DNA of 64,000 bases from Chiloscyllium plagiosum. Its lineage: Eukaryota. The notes below the pieces were generated by a model. It made no database searches, was not told the origin of the DNA, and saw only the letters and a list, made by a program, of their open reading frames with translations. Shown in pieces: positions 24,475 to 36,635 of this stretch. The number at the start of each line of letters is the position of its first letter. Position 1 is the stretch's first letter. Made by a program: the position numbers and the translations under genes. Location: positions 93,740,179 through 93,804,178 of the forward strand of contig NC_057718.1 in the NCBI RefSeq assembly GCF_004010195.1. The letters are read 5' to 3'.

Positions 24475-26535
24475 ACGTGTCCTATTGAAAGGTCAGGCAG
24501 GTTGGCAAAGGTGCCAGCGTTACCTTGTTAGTAAGAAATGAAATTAATTGGATAGCAAGAAGCGATAGAGGGTTGGTAGGCATACAATCTGTATGGGTGG
24601 AGTTGAGGAACTGCAAAGGGAAAACAGAGCCTGATGGGAGTTTAGTACAAGCTTCCTAGCAGTGGTCAGGATGTGAGGCAGAAAATAAATCAGGAAATAC
24701 GAAAGGTATGTACTATTACAATAATCAGGTGGGAGCTTCAATATGCAGATGGATTCGGGAAAATCAAGTTGGTAGCAGATCCCAGGAAAAGGAATTTGTG
24801 GAACGTCTACAAGACTTTTTTTTATGGAGCAGTTTATAGTTAGCCTGATCTTGGTTGTTGGTAATATTTTAGAGTCCATTCATAAGGATAAGATTGCAGA
24901 ATACTTGGAAGCGCACGGTAAAATAGGGCTGAATCAAGGGAAGGTCATGCTTGACAAATCTGTTCGAATTCTTCAAGGAGATAATGAGTTAGTTGGAAAA
25001 AGGAGAGCCAGTGGATGTGATCTTTTTGGATTTCCAGATCACCTTTGACAAGGTGCCACACAGGAGGCTGCGAAATAAGATAAGAGCCCATGGTGTTGGA
25101 GGCATGGTACTGGCGTGGATAGGGGATTGGCTGACTGGCAGAAGGCAGAGAGTGGGGATAAAGGGGTCTTTTTCAGGATGGAAGCTGGTGACCAGCTAGA
25201 AGATTCAGTGTTGAGGCAACAAATTTGCGTTACAGAGTCACAGAGACTTACAGCATGGAAACTGACCCTTCAGTCTAACTCATCCTTGCTGACCAGGTAT
25301 CATAAACTGATCGCCAGGATTTAACCCATATCCTTCTAAACCCTTCTGATTCATGTACCCATCCAGATGCCTTTTAAATATTGTAATTGTACCAGCCTCC
25401 ACTACTTCCTCTGGCAGCTCATTCCAAACACACACCACCCCCATGTGAAAACGTTGCATCTCACGGTTGCTTTAAAATGTTTCCTCTCTCAACTTAAACA
25501 TATGCCCTCTCTAGTTCTGGACTCCTCTACCCTGGGGAAAAAGACCTTGTGTATTCACCCAATCCATGCCCCTCATGATTTTATAAACCTCTATAAGGTC
25601 ATCCCTCAGTCTCCGACGCTCCAGCAAAAACAGCCCCAGCCTATTCAGCCTCTCCTTATAGCTCAAATCCTCCAACCCTGGCAACATCCTTGTAAATCTT
25701 TTCTGACCCCTTTGAACGACACCCTTCCTACAGCAGAGAGACCAGAATCGTACACAGCATTCCAAAAAAACTCATCATTGTTATGTACAGCTGCAACATG
25801 ATCTCCCAACTCCAATACTCAATGCACTGACTAAGGAAGGCAAGCGTGCCAAACGCCACCTTCACCACCCCGTCTACCTTCGACTCCACTTTCAAGGAAC
25901 TATGCACCCTTACCACTAGGTGTCTTTGTTTGTTATATGTGTACGATTTGGATGAAGGAATTGGGGGCATTGTTGCTGAGAGTGGAAATCATACAAAGAC
26001 AGGTGGAGGAAAAGGTAATCTTGAGAAGGCAGGGAGACTGCAGAAGGACCTGGGCATACGAGGAGAGTGGGCAAAGAAGTGGCAGATTGAATATAATGTG
26101 GGAAAGTGTGATGTTATGTACATTGGTAGGAAGAGTAGAGACATGATCTATTCTCTAGACAGGGAAAGACTTCAGAAATCTGAAGCACAAAGAAGCTTAG
26201 GAGTCCTAGTTCAGGATTCTCTTCAGGTTAACATGCAGTTTCAGTTGGCAGGTAGGAAGGCAAATGCAATGTTAGCATTCATTTCATGAGAATTGGAATA
26301 CAAGAGCAGAAATGCACTCCAAAGGCTCTACAAGGCTCTGGTCAGACCGCATTCAGCAAATTGGAGCAGTTTTGGGCCCCGTCTCTAAGGAAGGATGTGC
26401 TGGCATTAGAGGAAGTCGAGAGAAGGTTCACAAGAACGATCCCTAGAATGAAGGGCTTGTCATATGAGGGACGGTTGAGGACTCTGGGTTCATACTGATG
26501 GGGTTTAGAAGGATAAGGTGGATATTTCATTGATT
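24475..26535 (+). mobile_element. CR1 ORF2 relic, split by an oppositely oriented CR1
   Basis: GEPVDVIFLDFQITFDKVPHRRL..SGWKLVTS (to about 25198), resuming at about 25931 with YDLDEGIGG..WQIEYNVGKC..KANAMLAFIS. Confidence 0.88.
25230..25930 (-). mobile_element. CR1 3' fragment nested in an older CR1
   Basis: KRFTRMLPGLEDLSYKERLNRLGLFLLERRRLRDDLIEVYKIMRG. Confidence 0.92.
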
Positions 26536-26544
26536 TTCATGAGA

Positions 26545-26730
26545 GACTTAAACAATCAATGTATTTTTCGATGTATAATTTCAGTTATATCACACTGTAA
26601 ACGTTTGCTATAAATTCTGTGTCTCACAATTGTGTACTCCACAACCACCTGATGAAGGTGCAGCACTCTGAAAGCTAGTGCTTCCAATTAAACCTGTTGG
26701 ACTATAACCTGGTGTGGTTTGATTTTTTAA
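26545..26730 (+). mobile_element. Family-2 PLE terminus with hammerhead core
   Basis: ACCAC-CTGATGA-A-GGTGC-AGC-ACTCT-GAAA-GCTA-GTG (stem II decayed). Confidence 0.78.
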
Positions 26731-27717
26731 CATGGGAGCAGAACACTGTCTTAAAATGACTGGCTATGGGAAGGTCTGAGTCCTACTTGCACATAGAATG
26801 GAGGTGTTCTGCAAAGCAGTCGCCCAGTCTGCATTGGGCCTCTTCAATGGAAGCTGTTCTGGGCAGTGGAATATTATTGCATTCATTGGTAGCTTTGAAA
26901 ACAAATACTGGAATTTCTAATTCCAATTTCATCAGAGACAAATGGCAGCTCTGGTTTATAAATAATGCTGTACATGCAGCACAAATGCCATCAGCTTTCA
27001 GAAATTTGAGGTGAGATACAGCCGACCAAAACTCTAATAACGTTTCTTAAAAATAAAGATCACCTTTGATCTACCATTCTACATCTGAAAGACAGAAGAT
27101 GCTGCTCCTTAATAATGTCACACTGATGAGGATTTTAGTCCCCATGACACAAGACATGCTATGGCGAACCGTACTGTCGCTAGATGCGATCACAGTTAAG
27201 TTTGTTTGTTTATTGGCCGGTTATATATGAAGGATGGAAGCACATCACATTCAAACAAGCTGCTTAATATTTACCTCAGAAAGATCTGAGGTAAAGAAAT
27301 CCCAGGTGAATATTTGCACACCTGCCTGAAACAAAAGGCATAGAATCTGTAGATAATACGTATCAGTAAGCCTTGAGTTAAGGGAAAGAACTGATTAAGT
27401 GATGCGGTTCATGGTTCATTTTTCATATTTTTTTAAAATGTGAATTATTACACCATAGGCCACTCTGCCTTCCTGTAAACAAGTCTGGTGAGCTCTTGTT
27501 GTCCGCACTTCTACGGCAATAATGCCCTTCGTCAGGTAAGGAGTACTAAAGAGGATGATAGATTCTTGGGGATAATCAGGAATGTGAATTTGAGAATTAC
27601 AATCAGATCAGACATCATCTTATTGAATGTTGGCACAGGTGTGAAGGGCTGAGCGGTCTATTTCCGTATATGTATGCTCATATATGCAACTGCACACAGT
27701 GCTCCATGAGCAGTCTT

Positions 27718-28370
27718 GCATTCATTCATAGGACATGGGCATCACTGACTTTGCCAGCATTGTTGCCCATCCCTGATGCTCTTGAGAAGGTGGTGATGAA
27801 CTATCTTCTTGAACCGCTACAGTCCATTTGCAGTAGGTAGACCCATTATGCTGTTAGAAGATAAGATTCAGGATTTTGACTCAGCAACAGTGAAGGAACG
27901 GCGATATATTTCCAAGTCAGGATGGTGACTGCTTTGGAGGGGAACTTGCAGGTGGTGGTGTTGTTCCCATGTATCTGCTGCCCTTGTCCTTCTAGATGGA
28001 AGTGGTTGTGGGTTTGAAGGGTGCTGTCTAAGGAGCCTAGTGAATTTCTGTGAAACATCTTGTAGATGGCACACATCGCTGTGACTAAGCGTCATGGGTG
28101 GAGAGACTGGATATTTGCTGATGTGATGCCAATCAAACAGGCTGCTGGATGACTTCAAGCTTCTTCAATGTTGTTGGAGCTGAATTCATCCAGGTAATCA
28201 GAGAATATTCCGTAACAGTTCTGGTTTGTACCTAGTAGACGGCGGACAGGTTTGGGGGAGTCAAGAGGTGAGTAACATGCTGCAAAATCCGAGCCATTGA
28301 CCTGCTTTTGGAGCCACAGCACTTATAAAACCCATCCAGTTCAGTTTCTGGTCAATGGTAACATCCCCAT
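27718..28370 (-). mobile_element. 3' end of a second CR1/L2-group LINE family
   Basis: Homologous to 46515-47985; minus-strand RLLRQHPSNPQPLPSRRTRAAD..ILTWKYIAVP; tail GGGATGGGCAACAATGCTGG shared with the SINE at 52910. Confidence 0.75.
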
Positions 28371-28918
28371 TGCTGGATTTCCATGACGATAGTACTTGTG
28401 CTTCTTTACTATTGAAGCAAGTCCTCACTACTCCAATCCTCTTGCTGATCAGGAATTTTTGAACCCTTTGACATTGATTCTCTGGCCATTAGATAAATGG
28501 GCAAATATCTGGGTCTGGGGTTTCGGGGTTTCCCTGCTTCTCATGGGGAATGTCTGATTTTTAAGGAGAACCTACTGTGTAGGATGTTATTTCACACAAA
28601 TGCATAATTTGTCTGCCACATTTGCACTGATGTTTTTCCATGTCTGTCTTGCCAAGTTTGCTTCCATAATTCCGCTGTTTTCCCTGTCTTTTAACCGTGA
28701 AATCTCTTTGCGTGTGACTTCAAGGACACCGAAACTTTGTGTCGGAGAATTCCACACTCTAATCTCTGACCGTGCCAAGCTGATTTTGTTCTCTAACCAC
28801 TCCTTTAATTATGTTTTGACTATCTTTCTGTCTTGCTGGCTCACAAGAAATAGTTCACCACTTATCACCTCCATCAGGCCAAACCTCAACTTTCAGTTTT
28901 TTGAAGATTTTAACTTCA

Positions 28919-29120
28919 GAAGAAAGTGAGGACTGCAGTGCTAGAGATCCCAGTTTAAAAGTGTGGCATTGGAAAGGCACAGTCGGTCAGTCGGCATCCA
29001 AGGAGCAGGCGATCAACGTTTCCAGCATAAACCCTTCCTCAGGAATGTTCCCGAAATGTCTACTCTCCTGCTCCTTGGATGCTGCCTGACCTGCTGTGCT
29101 TTTCCAGTGCCACATTTTTT
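28919..29120. mobile_element. Inverted family-1 PLE insertion (diverged)
   Basis: GAGAAAGTGAGGACTGCAG.. arm followed by the opposite-orientation ..CCCGAAATGTC..GATGCTGCCTGACCTGCTG arm. Confidence 0.78.
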
Positions 29121-31071
29121 CGCTGCTTCTAAATTCAAGATGGCTTCACCAGGCCAGATGTCAACATGTCAGGAGATAGTTGTGGAGCAAAACATTCCAT
29201 AAAGCTGCATTGGTCTAATTGTTGCTCAGAAAGCTGCCTTTAATTATCTCTGTGGGCAGGCAGGATCCTGAAATATGAGATCCGGGCTGGAAAACAGGGT
29301 GATGGGGGAGAACTAAAGAGTCAGTGGAAATTGAGGATGTTGCACAAGGGCTCAAGGACCATGAGCCACTCTAATGTCCTACAGCTGCCCATCACTGAGC
29401 ATAAATGAAATCATGTGGGCGGAGTTAGAGCAGATAGAAGGAACACTCTGGAAGACAAAATAGGGTTTGAGTCTCTAGAGGAAATATAGGGGCTACATGG
29501 ACAGAAACACATGAGGGAGCTAGATTAGTCCTTTTCTGATGTAACTATCGGTCAGAGCCTGATACATCAGTGTTTACCATGTCCAGCAATATTTAATATT
29601 AATGCATGATAATTAGTATTACCTTGAATTCTAAGCCTGAAAACAATTCTTGATTTTCTCCTCTTTTTGACCAGTCTGCCTTGAACTCAAACTCATAGTG
29701 AGACATATTTTTAAAAATAAGAAAAATAATATGTATCACTAGAAATATTTCAAGGAGGCACACAAAATTCTCAGCTAATTGTTGGCGAGGTACACAAGGC
29801 CCAAAGCGTTTGTTTTTTTTTGTGGTTGAAGGCTGCTGAGTTGTTTCATAATGTGTGAAAATATTGGCCCTTTGTTGCAAATATTCCACATCCACATTAA
29901 GCCAGTCAGAAGACTGGGAAATGGACGGTCATTTTAAAAGTGTCCTATAGGAATGAGGTGACTTTCTTCTGACATTTTAACTGAGCTCCCAATGGGTGCA
30001 TTTCACCCTCCAGTGCAAGATGAGCTTTATCCTTGCAAGATCCAGAGGGAATCATGAGGAGAGAATGACCCTGAGAGACAGAGGTGTTGCTGAGAAGGGC
30101 ATTGACTTTATAGTACAGAGGCAGGCCATTCAGTCCAAAGGGGAGTGTGTCGATGTTCCATATGAGCCCTCCTCCTACCTTACTTCAATAAATGCCACAT
30201 GCTTTTCTTTCCCTCATGTAGTTAACTTTCATGTACTTCCCTTAAACAGCCACCTATTTTCTAAACCAGTTCTGAGACACAGCAGTGATGGCTGGACTCG
30301 ATGTAACACTTATACGAAAGAAGCAATAACCGATGTAACATTGATCTGCACAGTGAAGTTATCATTTTATGTGCCACCAGCAATGATCATTGTTCAGGCA
30401 ATATTGACTTTGATGGCCAAGAGCTGGTGGTATATTAGGTGCTGTAACTCAGTTTAAGAATGAGTTTAACTCATTGTGTTGTGACTGGGAATGGCACACC
30501 TGCAATGTGAGTTTAGTGTCACTTGGCCTTCATTCATGCAGCTTGTAATGGTCTGTTTGTTTTTGAAGGGTTATTACCAGTTGCTAGCCTTATGCTTTGC
30601 AGCAATGGGCAATAAAGGCGGATGCAGAAAGACAGGGCACGGATTGTATTTGACCTTTAAGGTTCTTGTTTCATGACATATTATATTACTGTACTATTCA
30701 AAGCACACAGACCTAGCGTCTTAGCAACTTTTAACCTTTGCCCTCCTCATGTGTGTCTGAGTATTGGCACATTTATCTTTCACTGTTCTCTGAAAAACAA
30801 TGTGTTACCATTTGCTCCTGTAAGATACCAGTTGTTCATTGCACTTTACAACATAGCAACAGATTTGCATTGTGCAGCAACATGAAGAATGGAGGAAAAG
30901 AAAGCAGCCATACACGTAATGGATTTCAATTTGATACAGCTATCGCTGCCAATAAACTGGCAAGATGGTACAATACATTTATCAGAGCCTTGACCCCTGA
31001 TTTAAAGGTGGTGTGTTTAAAACCAGCCCCTGTTTCTGGTTGTTATGCAGTGATTCCTTCTGGGAATACTT

Positions 31072-31820
31072 AGAGTCATAGAGCTGTACAGTAAGGAATC
31101 AGACCCATCAGTCCAACTTGCCAATGTTGACCAGATATCCTGAATTAATCTAGTCCCGTTTGGCCCATATTCTTCTAGATGTTTCCTATTCATGTACCCA
31201 AGCATTTTAAATGTTGCAATTGTACCATCCTTCTCCACTTCCCCTGGCAGCTCATTCCATACACGCACCACCCTCTGCGTGAAAATGTTGCTCCTTAGGT
31301 CCCTTCAATATCTTTTCCTCTCTCACCTATGCCCTCTATTTTTGGACTTCCCTACCTGAGGATAAAGACCATGTCTATTTACCCTATCCATGCCCCTCAT
31401 GATTTTATAAGCCTCTATAAAGTCACCCAACTCACACTTCAACTCCCCCTCCCACTCCACCAAGGACATGCAGGTCCTTGGACTCCTCCATTGCCAGATC
31501 ATCATTTCCAATGCCCCTCCCCCAAGTCCCTCCTCCCTACCTTTTATCTTAGCCTGCTGGACACACTTTCCTCATTCCTGAAGAAGGGCTCATGCCCGAA
31601 ACGTCGATTCTCCTGCTCCTTGGCTGCTGCCTGACCTGCTGCGCTTTTCCAGCAACACATTTTCAGCTCTATAAGGTCACCCCTCAGCCTCCGATGCTCC
31701 AGGGAAAACAGTTCCAGCCTATTCAACCATTCCCTGTAACTCAAACCCTCCAACCCTGACACTATCCTTGAAAATCTTTTCTGAACCTTTCAAGTTTTAC
31801 AACATTCTTCCGATATGAGG
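31072..31820 (-). mobile_element. CR1 3' fragment interrupted by a PLE
   Basis: GLEGLSYREWLNRLELFSLEHRRLRGDLIE; VRVWNELPGEV. Confidence 0.9.
31429..31666 (+). mobile_element. PLE 3' remnant: end of GIY-YIG, terminal repeat, intact hammerhead core
   Basis: Translates HFNSPSHSTKDMQVLGLLHCQ; CTGAAGA(31578)-A-GGGC-TCAT-GCCC-GAAACGTC; TSD CTCTATAA(A/G)GTCACCC at 31413-31428 and 31667-31682. Confidence 0.88.
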
Positions 31821-32540
31821 ATGTTCAGTTATTGGATCCTCCTGGTGCCTCAAATCTATGCAAATATAATCTTTTACAAGTAAAAAATGCCTTTGGTTTG
31901 TTTGCTGAAGGTTTATTTGTTTCTGCTACTGTACAGAATTGAACTGCTTTAGTGACTGTATGTATATAAAGATATTTTTACAAGTAATGTATATTTTTGA
32001 AATAAAAAAAACATTAGGGCAGAACCAGCCTCAGCTGTGAAGCACCCTCAGGTAGAATAGCTCATTGATACTCACTGCCTGGAGTTTACATCAAGGTATG
32101 TTTGAAGCCTCAGCAAGTTGGTGTTGTCAATGTGAAACGCAAGGCAGCAGCAGAAGCTAGCATTGTTAGAAAATCATTGGAGGGCAGGTATTAACATGGG
32201 AGGTCTATGGAGGGGATGGGGGGAGAATAGGGTGTGTGGAAGGGTCACAAAGAAAAAGCAGCATAAAGATTGAGAATTAAAATTGCTCCCCCCGGTTAAA
32301 CCGTGTTTTAGCATGGCAAAATGTTTGGGACAAGTGACAACGCCAACTTAAGATGAGATAGATTTTTAAGCAGCGTCTCAAAGGAAGAAAGAAAGGTGGA
32401 GAGGTTTGAGAAGAGAGTTCCAGGCCTTGAATTGGAGGGTAGTAAATGGTGGTCACTGTTTGCTGCTGGCAGTGCCATGAATGTTGGAGGAAAGATGATG
32501 GGGAATGCATAAAGGGTCAGATTCAGAAGAGTGCAAAGAG

Positions 32541-32855
32541 GGTGGCATAGTAGTTCAGTGGTTAGCACCGCTGCCTCACAGCGCCAGGGTTCAATTCCAG
32601 CCTCAGGCGATGGTCTGTGTGGAGTTTGCACATTCCCCCTGTGTCCCCCATGGGTTTCCTCCAGGTGCAGGTGAGGTGAATTGGCCATGCTAAATTGCCC
32701 ATAGTGTTCAGGGATGTGTAGGTCAAGAGCACTAGTCAGAGATAAATGTAGAGTAATAGGATAGGGGAATAGGTCTGGGTGGGTTGCTCTTCGGAGGGTC
32801 AGCCTGGACTTGTTGGGCCGTAGGGCCTGTTTCCACACTGTAGGGATTCTATGAT
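32541..32855 (+). mobile_element. HE1-like SINE
   Basis: Head, core, tail. Confidence 0.9.
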
Positions 32856-33029
32856 TGTATGAAAACAGACGACTGTAGTTGGAAGAGGTTCCATAAGAAT
32901 ATATGGAGCAGGAGTATGCCTCTCAAACCTGCTCTGCAATTTATTCGCGTGGTTGATTCTCTGTCTTAACACCATTCCTGATTCCCTTAGATTTCAACAA
33001 GATACCAATCTCAGGCTTCCAATGTTTGT

Positions 33030-34155
33030 CATTGAAAGCCTGTGATCAGAGGTGTACCACAAGGTTCAGTACTGGGAACCTTGCTGTTTGTTATGCCCAT
33101 TAACGATTGGGCTGTGAATGTAGAAAGTAAAATTGGTATACTACCACCTGATGAAGGAGCGTCGCTTCGAAAGCTAGTGTGCTTCCAATTAAACCTGTTG
33201 GACTATAACCTGGTGTTGTGTGATTTTTTAACTTTGTACACCCCAGTCCAACATCAGCATCTCCAAATCATTGGTACATTTACAGTTGACATAAAAATTG
33301 GTGGATTTGTTGATGGTGAGGAGGATGGTCTCAGGGTCCAAAAGCTTGTGATTTTATTTGAAATGTTGCACTCTAATTCGAACCTGTTGGACTCTAACCT
33401 GGCATTGTATGACTTCTGACTTTGTCCACCCAGTCCAATACCCAGGGTGTACTGAGGAACAAAGGGACCTTGGTGTGCAAGTCCACAGATCCCTGAAGAA
33501 GTCAGCACAGGTGGACAAGGCGATGAAGAAGGCATATGGGATACTTACCTTCATTAGCCAGGGTGTAGAACACAGAAGCAAGGAGGTCTTATTACAACGT
33601 TATAAAACATTGGTTAAAGTATGGGTGGAACACTGTGTTCAGTTCTGGTCACTGCACTGTTGGAAGGGTGTGATTGCACTGGAGAGGAGATTCACCAGGA
33701 TGTTGCCTGGGATGAGAAGTTTCAGTAATGAGGAGACATTGGATAGGTTGGATTTTTTACCTTGGAGTAGAAGAGGCTGAGGGAGGGGGCCTGATTAAGG
33801 AATAAATAATTATGAGAGGCGTACACAGAGTAGATCATGAGAATCTCTTCCCTATGGCAGATCCATCTAAGACCAAAGGGCACAACCAAAAGGTGAGGAG
33901 CAAATGGTTTGGAGGAGATATGAGAAAGCCGTTTTTCACCCAGAGGGTGGTTGATATATGGAATGTACTGCCTGAAAGGGGGTTGGAGACAGATACTCTT
34001 TCAACATTTAAGAGCTATTTGAGTGAATACTTTAAAACACCAGAGCAAGACAGGCAATGGACCAAGTGCGGGTAAATGGGATTAACGTATTTTACTAATT
34101 ATTGGTCAGCACAGATGAGGCAGGCCAAAGGGCCTGTTTCAATGCTAGATGACTA
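33030..34155 (+). mobile_element. CR1 ORF2 RT C-terminal half and 3' end, with PLE mini-insertions at about 33141-33270 and 33345-33440
   Basis: GVPQGSVLGTLLF; EQRDLGVQVHRSLKKSAQVDKAMKKAYGIL; FFTQRVVDIWNVLP. Confidence 0.92.
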
Positions 34156-34754
34156 CTTTTCTCAGTTTTTAAGATTTTTGTTTCTTGACATGTTACATGA
34201 CTGTACATTCAAAGCATAGTGACCTACTACCTTAACAACTCTTAACCTTTGCTCATATAATTATTGAATGAATATCCAAAGATTTTTCTCAGTCCAAAAT
34301 GTTGTCCTCTTGTCTTGAACTGTTCCGCCAATGCTGGACTCTCTCGCCAGAGGGGGAACATCGTCTCATCATCATCTACCCTGACAAGCTCTCCCAAAGC
34401 CTTATCGGTTTCAATGAGATCTAGGTTAAATTTCTCTAACGCTCAGAGAATTTGCTCAATCTTCCCTTCTAGGAAAAAGTTCTCATTCTCTGTATCATTC
34501 CAGCAAATCTTCATTGCACCTTTTCAAAGCCAATTATGTTCTTTCCAGATATGAAGTCCAAAACTGTGTCCATTACCTCACGCGTGGCTTCCCCTGTAGA
34601 ATTAATATGAATAGGAAGGGTTTGGAAAGATAAGGGCCAGATGCTGGCAGGTGGGATATCTGGTCAGCATGGACAGGTTGGACTGAAGGGTCTGTTTCCA
34701 TGCTGTACATCTCTATGACTCTATGACTCCTCACTCCTGTGTCCCGATTGCTTT

Positions 34755-35343
34755 GCGAGATCATGTTGCGGCTGTGCAGGTCATTGGTTAGGCCACTGTT
34801 GGAATATTGTGTGCAATTCTGGTCTCCTTCCTATCAGAAAGATGTTGTGAAACTCGAAAGGGTTCAGAAAAGATTTACAAGGATGTTGCCAGGGTTGGAG
34901 GATTTGAGCTACAGGGAGAGGCTGAACAGGCTGGGGCTGTTTTCCTTGGAGTGTCGGAGGCTGAGGGGTGACCTTATAAAGGTTTGCAAAATTATGAGGG
35001 GCATGGATAGGGTAAATAGGCAAAGTCTTTTCCCTGGGATCGGGGAGTCCAGAACTAGAGGGCATAGCTTTAGGGTGAGAAGGGAAAGAAATAAGAGAGA
35101 CCTAAGGAGCAACTTTTTCACGCAGAGGGTGGTACGGTTATGGAATGAGCTGCCAGAGGAAGTGGTGGAGGCTGGTACAATTGCAACATTTAAGAGGCAT
35201 TTGGATGGGTATATGAATAGGAAGGGTTTGGAGGGATATGGGCCGGGTGCTGGCAGGTGGGACTAGTTTGGGTTGGGATATCTGGTCCGCCCAGATGGGT
35301 TGGACCGAAGGATCTGTTTCCATACTGTACATCTCTATGACTC
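34755..35343 (+). mobile_element. Young 5'-truncated CR1 with open ORF2 C-terminus and 25-bp TSD
   Basis: ORF 34739..35266 uninterrupted (LVRPLLEYCVQFWSP..GYGPGAGRWD*); flanking duplication at 34730-34754 and 35344-35368. Confidence 0.95.
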
Positions 35344-36168
35344 CTCACTCCTGTGTCCCAATTGCTTTAAATTGACATACCATTTGTTTTATTAACTGCT
35401 TGCATGTTACAAGGATTTCTGAATCGCTCTGAATCCCAGCATTTAATAGTTTCTGACCATTTGAAAATATTCTGCTTTTCGATTGTCCCTACCAAACTGA
35501 ATAACCTCACATTTCTTGAGATTATGCATCATCTGCCAACTTCTTGTGCATTGATTTAACCTTTCTTCCTTTGCAGATCCTTTGTGTCTTCCATATAGCG
35601 CCTAACGTTGCGTTATCAGAATACTTGGATGTATAGCACTCATTTTCACCACAGGGATGAGGGAGGCCATGATAGAATTGAAAACTAGGATAAGGATTTT
35701 AACACGTTGTAATTTTTAAGGTTATTAAGTTGGCTAACTATGCAGCCTCAGTGTTTGTGCTATTGCGTTGATCTTTTTATTGGGTGATAGACAGCTTAAA
35801 TGAGACCTGAAGTCATGGGATGTTCACTGGAAAGAAGTCTAAAATATTGGTCATGATCTAGCCTTCTTGAAGTGCTGTGAGTAGACCCACATGGGTCTCA
35901 TGAGTGGTTAAAAAAGAGTATTAATAAGATTAAAGTAGAAATCATAAGTCTGACTTCAATAGGTTTTTAACACCTTGATTTAGACATTTAAGACAAATGG
36001 GTATTGAGAAATCATGTAGTCATCACTAAATGCTAAAATGCATGGAGACACAACGTAATTAATACGTAATCCTTGTGTGATCCAAAGGTCATGAAATTGT
36101 TTATTTTCATAATATTCTTGAGTGAGAATGTAAAATATTGTCCTATGGCCTGGGAAGCTGAAGAATAA

Positions 36169-36303
36169 GGAGGCCTTCCTTGAAGAAGCTCTCTGCCTCT
36201 CACTCTCTGCTCATTCCTGAAGAAGGGCCTGTGCCTGAAACGTCGAATCTCCTGTTCCCTGGATGCTGCCTGACCTGCTGTGCTGTTCCAGCAATAAAGT
36301 TTC
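36169..36303 (+). mobile_element. Short family-1 PLE element with 14-bp TSD
   Basis: AAGCTGAAGAATAA at 36155-36168 and 36304-36317; CTGAAGA-A-GGGC-CTGT-GCCT-GAAACGTC. Confidence 0.85.
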
Positions 36304-36394
36304 AAGCTGAAGAATAAAGATCATTTAAAAATACTTGAGCTGGGGAAACACTGGCTCCTGTGGAAGAAGTGGATAGGTCATTCTATTTCCCAAA

Positions 36395-36635
36395 CACACG
36401 GGTTTTCTCCAGATGCTCCAGTTTCCTCCCATAATCCAAAGATGTGCAGGTTAGGTGGATTGGCTATGCTAATTTGCCCATGGTATCTAGGGATGTGCAG
36501 GCTAGGTGGATTAGCCATGGAAAATACAGGAATACAGGGATAAAGTAGGGGGTGGTGGGTCTGGTGGGATGCTCTTCGGAGAGTCGTGTGGAGGTGATGA
36601 ACCAAATTGCCTGTTTTCATGTGTTAGGATTCGAT
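36395..36635 (+). mobile_element. 5'-truncated HE1-like SINE
   Basis: Core CCAAAGATGTGCAGGTTAGGTGGATTGG and tail. Confidence 0.82.

Noticed and set aside
29996..30457. 153-aa ORF
   Set aside because: Non-ATG start, runs through a decayed CR1-tail-like segment, no recognisable homology
32308..32838. 176-aa ORF
   Set aside because: Mostly antisense translation of an HE1-like SINE
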